DNA of 64,000 nt, taken from the NCBI GenBank assembly GCA_028534125.1, contig CM052817.1, positions 13,332,001 to 13,396,000 on the forward strand, written 5' to 3'. Below the pieces are notes generated by a model that worked only from the letters and a program-made list of their open reading frames with translations, did not search any database and was not told where the DNA came from. Numbering within the stretch: position 1 is the first letter of the stretch; the number at the start of each line of letters is the position of its first letter. This DNA comes from Lama glama. Lineage: Eukaryota. This document shows, piece by piece, positions 1-10,897 of this stretch. The position numbers were made by a program, and so were the translations under genes.

Positions 1-3000
1 TCTTTTTGGCTTCTTTGTCCTCTTTACATCTTAGACAGTGGCCACAGCTCCTGCTTCTACATTCTCGTTGCCTCTTCTTCATCCCTTTGCTGGCATCTCT
101 TTCTTATCCAGTCTTTAATACTGACATACGTGAGGTTCTCTCCTGAGCTCCATTAAACTAATTGATTTCAGCCCAGTAGCTTCAGATATCTAGCCATGAC
201 TTTTCTTACAAACTTCAGGCTCATATTTCTATTCACTTAGTGAATTTCAGCCCCTTGCTGGCTTGCCAGAACCTTAAAACACATCTTCCAAAACGTGCAG
301 TCCCATTTTCCACACGCTCTTGCGACGGTATTCTGTAGTTGATGCATGTGTCTCTACTGCTGAATTACTCGTTAGTTATGCTCAGTATCCCCTAATTTTT
401 CCTCAGTTGCCTTTGATCTACGTCTGACTTTATACTAGAAGATTCTGTTATTTGACCCATATGTCCAAGGGACACCAGAATGAAGGCAGACCCTGGGATA
501 TAGTTAGAAATTTCTGTTTGGAGCTTTCAGTAATAAATCAAAGTGAGATACGATTATCAGTGGGTGGCAACATTGGTGTCAGGTGCATCGCTAGTGATTT
601 GAGTCAAGTAAGCAAGTCTGTCTACAAGTTTTAATGGATTTGAGGTCCAGCAGTTCTTCCATTATAGATTAAAGTAACTGACAGAGACAAATTGGTAACC
701 AAACTTTCTGCTCATCTCCCCTTTGAATTATTAAGCTAAACACACCTCTAATCCATACAGCTGATGCTACAAGACTCTCTTAAATAAGGCCTAATCTTAA
801 ATCAATCTAGGTATCCTAGACTGGCCTCCATCATTTCAATGTCGTTAGTAACATTTGTATCCATGAGGCTAGATTTCATTTCTCCTTTATGGCAAACATC
901 TTTTGAGGGCTAATGTTGGCAGTGATTGAGCATTTCTTGGAACTGGTAAACATTTGGAAGGAGGAAAGTTAGAAGGCGGAAATTGTATCAGCCAGCAAGT
1001 GGTAGTCCCTTGCCAAGCAGCAATACAAGAGCAAAAAGAACCTCCCCTTCTTAGTTTTGTGCTGTTCTGTCTGGTGCTTGTCCATGCCAAGTTTACAAAT
1101 CACAGCTGCAGTCCTTAAAAACAAAATCATTAAATCTAGGTGTTGCTACCCAATGGGAAATTATCTCTCAGTGCCCTTTTCCACTCTCCCGTGTTTTTGA
1201 TAATAGTAACCCCGAGAGTTTTCCCAAATTTCAAAAGCTTCTGGCATAGACAGAAAGTACTCAGTGAGCTTGTAATGAATGAGTAGACATCAAGCTCGAA
1301 TTTGCCTTTGTGCTAAAGTTTGAACAAATGTGCAGAGGAAGACTTCCTTTCCTTTCTCCTTTTAGGTAAACCGCTCATGTCCTCCTAGCCCCCCGCCTTC
1401 TTTGGAGTCTAAGCAAGAATGTCAGAAGTTGCTGTGGCCTTTGTGCTTGCTCTCACTATAGTCTGTGCTCAAAATTCATTAGCATTTCATTTAATGCTTA
1501 AAGCAACCCAATGAAATGACCACCACTACTCTCTTGACTCCACACACTTAAGGAACACATCTAGCTCACTACCTTGGCCTGATTGACTTCGGATGCTCTG
1601 CCTAAGATTCTATGCATTATGATCAGAAACATGTCTGATTCTTGTTCCTGGGCACCTTCTTTTCATCTGGGGCTAATCGAGTGTGCAGAATTCCCTAAGT
1701 GTTGGTTTGCTTGTAGAGAGCTGCTCTAACTCTTCTACCATTTTATCATAACTTGATTTAGCATCTCCCTTTGGCTCTGATATCATCTCTTTGTTATAGA
1801 AACAGATTAAAGATGTGATTACCCTTGAATAAGAACTTTCAGGAGAGGATCTCAAAAAAGCATCCTGGATGGAAAATGAATCACAAATTGATGGCAAACA
1901 GAAGATGGAAGATAGACTTAGAAGAAAGGCAAAGTGTGGGTGGGAAGATGAATGAAAGAAGAGAGCCAGTTACAAGGGATACAGTTCCAAAGGGTTAGAG
2001 TATAGAAATAAGCAGATTTAGAAAAGCCAGGTGGATGTAAAAATTACATTATAAGAAGGACATTTAGTTTGGTGCAATTAGAATGTAAATAAAACAGGGA
2101 AAGGAATCATACCATTTTAAGACATTTGGCAACATCAAAGGATGCTGCCATTCGGAGTTTATATTACATAACCCACAAACATCTTTTGAATTATCCGTCA
2201 CTCAAACTCAAGTACTGTAAATAAGAAATTCTCGTTGAAAAAGCTATTGTAAAAGAGGGATTTGAAAAAAGAAAAAGCAAACAGAATGGTAGTTGTAGTA
2301 ATCCGCTTTACCAAGCTAAATAAGTTAAAATTCGGTATTTTATATATTCCTAATCCTGATGCCGCCGAAACAGCGGGTTTAAGAAATCGTCAGGAGAAAC
2401 CTGTGCACCTGGAAAAAAGTGTGTTATTTTGATCCCTGTTCCTAAAATGAATATGTACAAGAGAGCAACGGTCTCCCTTTGTATGCCATAAGAGACTGCA
2501 GAGACTGAAAATAGTTGAAGAGGGTTTGCTATATCAAAAACCGAATTTGGTCCTGGGAAAAAGTGGAGAAATTAGTGCTTATCAATCAGCTATGGTTCAG
2601 TGGATATTTATTAAATAAATCTTGACTGTGCTAAAAACCGAACAAAGACTACTTCAGCCTGGCAGTTTTGTGATCTGAATACTCTATTAAAATAATTCTT
2701 CAAAAATGTATCCAGTTTTTTTTCCCTAAAACAATCTCTAGCTTCTCATCCAAATAATCAAACACAATTTTTGAAAAATGTCACATTCTGCAGAATAAGC
2801 TTAGACACTGCCAACCCTGAACCCCTCCATTCAAACCACAGCCTGACAGGGTTTGAAAGCACAGAGATAGCCTAAGAGACAATTTTCTTCAAGGTCTTGG
2901 GAAGTGGCCAGATGAATGTTTACAGTCCTTGCAGTTGCTGACGTGCTGTTTTGCTGGTGTACATTCTTAGCTGCCTCATTCTGTGCCTTTGTTCCAAGCG

Positions 3001-4485
3001 TCTTCTTTCTTCTAGCCCAGCCAAGAGAGCCATTGCCATTTGGATATTTCCTTTCCTGGCGCTGATTCTAAATGTGATAATTTTTGCAAACACAAAGCCA
3101 ACTATTGTGGGGTATTACATTAATTTAACTTACTGCTCTAACTGCCAGCATTCACTTCTCCAGTGCGCTGAATAGCTAAATTCATTTGATAAATACGTTG
3201 GTGAGGGAGTGAGAAGTTAAATTGCTATGAAGCTCACTTCAGTATGAATCCCAGAAATTTTCCAGCCACAATTTGATGCAACAATTGCGCTGGTTATTCT
3301 GGTACCAAGAAGAACTGGAGGGGATACTGGCAAGACCTTCCCTAGTGACGGGGGTGTCACTAAAACAAACAACACCCCTTCCAGTTAATGCAGTCATCCT
3401 CAGAACTGTTACCTACTTCCAGGTAGTTAAAAAAGAAACAGGAGTCTCTATGTAAATATATTTCAGGGTTTTAGCTGATAGAAAAACTGAACAATATAGA
3501 ACGCTATCCTTTTTTGGATTATACTCCAAAACCATTCTATGAATATGTAATTCCCAAGGCAAGGGAGTATTTAGATACGAAGAGTTTTAATGGCCATCAT
3601 GTTAATTCACATTTTCTTTCATACGTGAGTTTCTGTCAGTAGACCAGTGGCTTACCAAGATAAAAACTCAAATCCGTAGAAGAATGTAACTAACGGAAGT
3701 TTCTATTAGCACAAGCCGTGTAGCTTTTGGGATGGAGGTACCTTAGAAGATTAGAGCAGTGATGGTAGCGTCGGGGTTGCTGTATGGTTGACTCAGATAA
3801 CTTTGCTAGAAGTGATGTGCAATGAATCAGGCCCTTAGAGTTATCACTGCTTGTTCCAGTGAGGTTGAGGAACTTCAGAGAGATTGGTGATGAAAGCAAA
3901 AATACAATTAATGTTTACATTATAATATATTTGTATTTTAAATGTAAAAATGTCACTCTGACAGTGTCCTCATCAGACAGTTACCAAAAGGCAGTCTGGT
4001 GGGCTCTCACAAGCAGGGCAAAAAGTAGCATCAATGGAACAAAATTTTATCAAAGATGGTACAGTAGCCACATTGTTAGCCATTTATGGAGCAAATCTGT
4101 GCAGCCAGAGGAAAGTGGCCACAGCTGAATGTATATTTAATCTAGACCTTTCATGGATCATGAGATTTTTCTTTTTTTAATGTCTATCCCAAAATTTCAA
4201 GTAGAGACCGCTTCAGCAGTGTTTCCTTCTCGGCAAGGAAGACACAAAATTCTCACCCATCACGTGCCTGTGCTAACGTACTGACAAACAGAACTAAAGG
4301 GATATGAGGGCGAATATAATGGAGGTTTCATTTTTGGTTCATTTTCGTCCACAGAAATGTGGCAGTTTGTATCTCCTGTATGAAAATACAGCACTGAACT
4401 AAGATTTGAGCAGGGTGCATATTGAGGCATTTTTAATTGCGTGGATGAATTTGTACTTATTCATAAAACTTGCCCTCCTATCCCC

Positions 4486-4488
<3 letters not shown>

Positions 4489-4551
<63 letters not shown>
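4489..4551. repeat. Perfect (CA)31 microsatellite
   Basis: Uninterrupted CA run. Confidence 0.98.
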
Positions 4552-4553
<2 letters not shown>

Positions 4554-4967
4554 TTCTTTTGGGATCCAAGGCGTACCCTTCCGTGCTTGTTGGCTGAATA
4601 ATGAAGTTGCAGGCACTGGCCGTGGAAAGATCCACATAAGCTAGATGGCTAATAAGCAGGTTGACCCTGTGACGTTGGCATCATTAATATCTGATCCTAA
4701 CCACCTATGCTCGCAACCCAGAGTCCCTCTCTGAGGTCCAAGAGTGTCACCATTACTTCCCAATGAAACGACTTCCTGACCCATTCTTAAAGACAGTGTC
4801 ATGATGCTGATTCCTGGTTTGACATGGAAGAGGAGCACATCTAGCTATAGCTGTGTTACAGTAATAATTTTATACAGAATTTACTGTTATGTTAAGGCAT
4901 TGAAATAACTCCAAGTGAATTGAAAACAGAAAGCATCCACTCCTCATATTTTTCAATTAATTTTCAG

Positions 4968-5092
4968 GTCCTGTGGATGTCAATATTCTAGCTAAATGCA
5001 ATCCCTGCTTATCGAATCCCTGTAAAAACGATGGCACCTGTAACAATGATCCCGTTGACTTTTATCGCTGCACCTGCCCGTATGGTTTCAAG
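4968..5092 (+). CDS. SLIT2: SLIT2 coding exon (approx. exon 27 of 37): end of LRR-CT and EGF1
   Basis: ttttcag|GT CCT GTG...TTC AAG|gtaagt; 125 nt; translates (G)[41 protein letters not shown], recognisable Slit2 sequence. Confidence 0.97.
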
Positions 5093-5231
5093 GTAAGTAG
5101 AAGCTGTCGTGGGAACTAAGAGCTGAAAACGTAGCTTTCCTAGGTGGGGCCTCATCTTACTGTGGTGCTTTCTCTATGAGCCGAGAACTACTTTATTTAC
5201 ACTTAACTTTACTTGACCATTTCTTCTCCAG

Positions 5232-5329
5232 GGCCAGGACTGTGATGTCCCAATTCATGCATGCATCAGTAACCCATGTAAACATGGAGGAACTTGCCAC
5301 TTGAAAGAAGGAGAAAAAGATGGATTCTG
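5232..5329 (+). CDS. SLIT2: SLIT2 coding exon (approx. 28): EGF1/EGF2
   Basis: ttctccag|GGC CAG GAC...TTC TG|gtaggt; 98 nt; [32 protein letters not shown](W); phase matches neighbours. Confidence 0.97.
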
Positions 5330-6606
5330 GTAGGTCGCTGGTCTGTGATCTGTGTCTAAAGTACTGGAGCAAGAATAACTAAGCAAACATGCGTTTTTCC
5401 TTTTTAAATACAAGAGCTTTATTTTTTAAAAGGATGCCAGAAGTCTGTTCAGAAGAAAATTATGTATTAGTGTGTCTCAGAACTATTTCAATTTAAAAAC
5501 AAATAGAGACATTGAAATATTCTCAACCCAGGATGCTACAAAGCCAAGAAATTTAAAACCTCTCACATGCATACATTATGATTAATCAAGTCAGATTAGG
5601 TCAAGATAAAGAGGTGGCTCTGTCATGCTAATTAATAGCCAAATAGTCCCCTATTGCAAATAGTCCCCTATCTGTTACTTTGTGTATTGCTTTCACGGAC
5701 AGTGTGTAATGATAAAATGTAGGTCCCACTGAAACAGAACATTAACAATCATTTCCAAGCCACAATATGAGCAGACAAACATGCTGTGAACATTTTTATT
5801 CTGGAGTTGTTCAATCATATAGTACAATTACTTTGGATGTATTGCATAAATCATGAAGGAAATTTCTTACAATGACACACATAATTTCACATAAGAGTGC
5901 TAATCTACTGCTAAAGATTGTTAGAAGTATCACGTTTTATAATAAATATAATTCATTAGTGCATTCTGTTATGAAATTGTCTTTTCATCAAGACTTTACT
6001 CAAAGATTATTCTGATACCTATCAAGATGAAATGTACAATGGCTTACGCCAGTGAAAAGAATTGTATCTGTTGAGATATAAAGGGAATATTCACATGTTT
6101 ATAATTGCGAGGAAGACAAAGTTTTGTTCTCAGATTTCTTTTTTGCTTTGAGACATCAAGAACATTACACATAAGGTAATAGGGGTTGTAATTAAAAAAA
6201 AACAAACACACACAGAACCATTCCTTCTCATTTATGAGCAAAGAAGCATGAGTTATTTTATTAGAGCACATCTCGAGATTAGGATATCTGGGACTGTAGG
6301 GTAAATGTTGCTCATGTTTTAGATCTGCAAATATTTTGGATTTATTGACTTACAGGACCATGGGGCCATATGCCGTCTTACCACCAGCAAAAATTTTCTT
6401 TCTCAAATTGTTTCTGGTTGGGGGATATTACCTTAAATTGATGCTTACAACATGTCATTTAGAAGCATTTTAAGAATCAATTTCTTGTCATTAAAATCTC
6501 TGTAATTGATGAGTGTACTTAGTTTTTTTCAATATTTAGACCATATGGTATGAAAATTCAGGAAGTTTTTTTTTTTTTTTTGGCCTTTTCTTCCCCTGGC
6601 ATTCAG

Positions 6607-6746
6607 GTGTATTTGTGCTGATGGATTTGAAGGAGAAAATTGTGAAATCAATGTAGATGACTGTGAAGATAATGACTGTGAAAATAACTCTACATGCGTC
6701 GATGGAATTAATAACTACACGTGCCTTTGCCCACCTGAGTACACAG
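6607..6746 (+). CDS. SLIT2: SLIT2 coding exon (approx. 29): EGF2/EGF3
   Basis: attcag|G TGT ATT...TAC ACA G|gtaaga; 140 nt; [46 protein letters not shown]. Confidence 0.97.
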
Positions 6747-9700
6747 GTAAGAAGACTAGGAAGAGTTCTGCCATCAATCTGTGTATCTACTTGAAAGCAC
6801 CATCGGCACCCGGCTGCATGTGTTTAGCAAACCATTGTATTATTCAGTAACTGACAGGTGTTTTGGAAATTAGGTGTAATGTACCAACAGACAGAGTTAA
6901 AGATGATTTCAGCCAACCAAATAAAAGTCCTGGTGAGCTCAGTCAGAACACAGGCATCTATCATAAAGTCATGCTACCCAGCACAAAGGAAATTACCATG
7001 CTGAAGCTTTTACTCCCACAACTAAATGTCATTTTCATGCAAAGTGTTTTTCCAGTGCAGACCAACCCACCAATACGTATGGGAAAAGGGGGCATATCCT
7101 AACATAGTCAAAACATAGTTAAGCACTTGAGAGTCTTCCTGTCCATCCTTGTTTCTTCATTAATGAGTATTTGCCTCTAGTAACTCACGTCCTTCAAAAT
7201 AAGTCGCAATCAGGAAGATACTGATCGCTTTGGATAATCTTATGAGGTCATCTCCCCCTTTTGTTGTATCTTGATACGAAATGTCAAGGAAAAAAGGTGA
7301 TACATCTCATAAGATGATTCAAACTGCTAAACTTCTTCCCTGGATAAACCAATTTCCTATAAAGTCAACATCAAGTTTATGACTTCCCTATTACGTCAGA
7401 ATATCTATTTTGATTGATTTTTGTGCCTATGAATAAGAAACTTCATAGTTGCAATCTTGTTTGCCTCATAGACCATCTAGTTTTTGAATTGATAGAGAAA
7501 AGGAGAATGATACACGTTATGTTTGTAAGAAAAAATGAAGAAATAGGTTCTGTCACTTTCTGCAAAGTTACCATTTTCATTTGGCTGGGCATTTTTCATT
7601 AATCATTTTTATTTCCACATATATGGTTAAGGATATTAGAGGGCGACATAGCTACTTGGATGACTGAGGTTAACATCTCTAAACATGAAGAGTGAAATCA
7701 CACCTTGTACAATCAACTTTCCTGGGGATTTGTTTAAAAAGCATTGAAATTTAAGCTTTTATTGAATACTCACACTTTGCATTTTAAGAGATATTTTTCT
7801 TGATGCGAAAATGCTCAATAGAATAATGAATTCCTATTTTGATACCCCGGGTCTGTTTGAGAGATTCTGCAGCTGCCTTTTTCAGTGGTATGATTTTTCC
7901 TTTCACACCACTGAGGCATTTGATGCCATGTGAAGTAATACACTAAATTTCCAGTAGACGCTTGAACATGTTATATCATCAGTTGCTCTATTATAAAATA
8001 CATATATACACAGTCCTTGGACACCTTAGGAGCCAGAATTTGAATTCTCTGTTATGCACCCATCTGACATGGCTAGGAAGAGTTTAGGTGCTACATAGCT
8101 TTGATCTTCACACCAATATTACTTGTGTCACACATCAGAGACTTGCCATTAGCCTGAGCACAGATTCGGGAGCCCTTGGAGCTACCCCGAGAATCTGGGT
8201 TTTATTGGATGCGCTAATGTAGCCTTGTACCAGCAGCCCGATGCTTGCACTAAAATCCTTACCCCGTATCTCCTTATCCCATCATTGTTCTAATCATTAT
8301 AGAAAGAACCTAATTCACTTAATGTCAGAGGCCTCTTTAAACTAACCTACTCTGACCAGGACAAATTGAACCCGAGCATTTCGAGCACAGTTTGGTTAGC
8401 CAGTGTGCTCCTGAGCACAGACACGGGGAACAACCCCTCACTGATGACAACTGAGGCTTGAGAGCGCTGCTGTACTCCAGTGCTCACACGCCTTTTTTAT
8501 GATAATTTATAACTTGAGTTGGTTTGGAGGGATCTGCTGCTTTAGATTTGCTATACCTCATTCCTTATCCATTTCTTTGAGCCTTTGTCTTACCTTCTCC
8601 CCCTTCATTTTCCAAGCTCCCTTCCTACACCTCATCTTCTTGAACATGTCTTCCCCATCCCGGAGTGATTCAGTTCAGTGCAGCCTCCTCAGAGAAGTAT
8701 TCTGAAGCTCATCTCCCTGGGTCAGACGTCTTACTTTGAAACATGTCCAAACAACTCCAGAGCTTAGCACAACCACCCTTCAGCCAAAATGTGACATCTA
8801 TAAGAGCTGTCACGTGGGAACCTGCCATGACCGTTCGTCAAGAACCACTTGGTTCTCAACAGGAATTGAGTGAGAGTCTTCTGGCCTTTTCAGTTATGTC
8901 TACTGCAAATACCAGTTTGCCTTAATTCGGGCTAAGGATGAACAAAAATACTGCACTCAGCAGACAGTTCAGAGCATGCAAAACATGAAGATATTACCCC
9001 TGCAGCTTTAGGTTGGGCTTTCTGGGCAGTGAGGAGTCTGACAGTTTGGCGTTAGAGCAGCTCTCTGACCCAGGCACGTTTGCAGCACGTCAATTAGCTG
9101 TAGCATTTTTGTCCATGTGTGAAATGAGCTCATTTACAGAATATCAAACCACCATCTGCAGATTTTGAAATCAGTGGCACAGAAGTGGCCTTTAATTATA
9201 GGAAGGTGTAAATTGGACTCTAGAGTTTCAGATCTTGCTTTATCCAAGTCTGCAGTTAGGGAGACATTTTCTTATAGTGTGGCTGTATTGTTTTAGATTT
9301 AAGTTTGGTATCTGATTAATGAGCATGAGATCTTGGGGCAGAAACCCTGCTGTGCTCAAGGAATACAGTAGTCTTGTCATTGTTTAAAAATCATTCAAGT
9401 CACAAGTTGCTTTTCTGTTTGGAGATATTTTTACCTCCAAGGCATTCAGTGAAAAAATGAACTCTTTAGTAGGAGCAAATAAGACTATTAATAGGGAAAG
9501 CTCGTAAATCATTAAGGTGGAAGTTTTTACATTTGGCACCCATGTCAGAAATCAGAATGAATATGATGTGTTAATCCAGAGATCGAAAAGCAGTCTGACA
9601 GAGAAGTCATGATGTTGACAGGCAGGCTATAAAACACGGCTACACATTTTCAAAATAAAACGAACCACTGTTGGGAAATTTATGAAATTTATTTAAGCCC

Positions 9701-10870
9701 ATGTAACTAAAACATCACAGTAAATAGTTATTGATTTATTGGAGGACAAAACTCTGTCCTTTCCGGCTGCAGGGATTGACAACATAAATTTTAAGGGTTA
9801 GTATTGTTTTTCTGTTATGTTATCCTTCCTTCAGCCTCCCCACCTGAGCATCAAAAGTGTTCTTTTCCACCGAATTCAATCCATCATCTGTCCTTCAGTT
9901 GAATAACATGTGACTGTGGATTGCTAGCATTCTTCAGAAAAGAGTCATTTTTGAAAAGTTAAATTCATTGTGATTCTAAATTAAAAGTACTATCACTAAA
10001 CTAAATATTAAATAAGATCCAGAATTGCTAAACAAATACTTTAAAAATCTACTCCAGAGTTTTAACTTTAGCTTGAGAGATTATGTTTTAAGTTGTGGGG
10101 TTTTTTTTAATAATTATTGTATCTTTTCTAAACACAAGGCATTTCTTGAAAGTAAATTTTCAAGGAATTACTCATATTACACTAGCTCAAAATTTATAAA
10201 AATGAAAATTGTAAACATGGCACCCCTGCAATGTTGAAAAACTTGACACCTTTTCTTAAGCTCTGGTATGAATTTAGGTGCTGAATTTTAAAATGCCATT
10301 TGGTTTTGCATGTTTCCGAAGAGTCAGAACCCTGGATCGGCTCTGTAAAGAATGTATTTCTGAATTAACCCTCTTCTCACAGGACCACATACAAAGATGA
10401 TACAAAATTGATCACATTTCAACCATGGACACTACGTAATGGGATGGCATAAGTCCAGTCAATGAAAGTTCACATACGAGTCGGGCATGTAAAGACTTAG
10501 AATGTATTTTGTGGAAAGAATTCAAAACATTTTAATTTTTCCATTGTGTCCCATGATCTCTCTGTTTCCCGAATCTCCGATGCCCACACACAAACCATTC
10601 TGTGCACACCTCACAAAGCAGAGCTCCCGGTTGCTCAGTCACCCGGGCTAGCCGCAGAGCTCTGGCTCGCTGTGACAGCCTTGACCCTTTGCCTTGTGTC
10701 CTCCTTGTCTGTGCGTTGGCCCGGCTGTAGGTAAGCAGTCTTAAGTTTGCTGCAGTTCGCTCCCTCGCCCTTGGCTTCTCCGTGGTTAATGCTGTGCTTG
10801 GCTCCCTGTGCTCTGCTGTTGTACTGCAATGTAAAACGTCTTTTGTCTCTTCTGTCTTTGTCGCTGCCAG

Positions 10871-10897
10871 CTGCTAATCTGAATGAGGTGGAAAAAG
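10871..10897 (+). CDS. SLIT2: SLIT2 alternative 27-nt microexon inserting AANLNEVEK into EGF3
   Basis: Long pyrimidine tract, gctgccag|CT GCT AAT CTG AAT GAG GTG GAA AAA G|gttagt; phase 1 to phase 1, frame-preserving, no stop; peptide matches an alternative Slit2 insert I recall from rodent isoforms. Confidence 0.85.

Noticed and set aside
1344..1371. Pyrimidine tract plus TAG|GTAAAC as a recursive splice site
   Set aside because: The donor is weak and there is no supporting context; such motifs arise by chance in long introns.
4399..4644. ORFs with THTH/VCVC runs
   Set aside because: Translations of the (CA)n microsatellite.
5640..5671. Tandem duplication caaatagtcccctat x2
   Set aside because: Ordinary 17-nt slippage duplication with only two copies.
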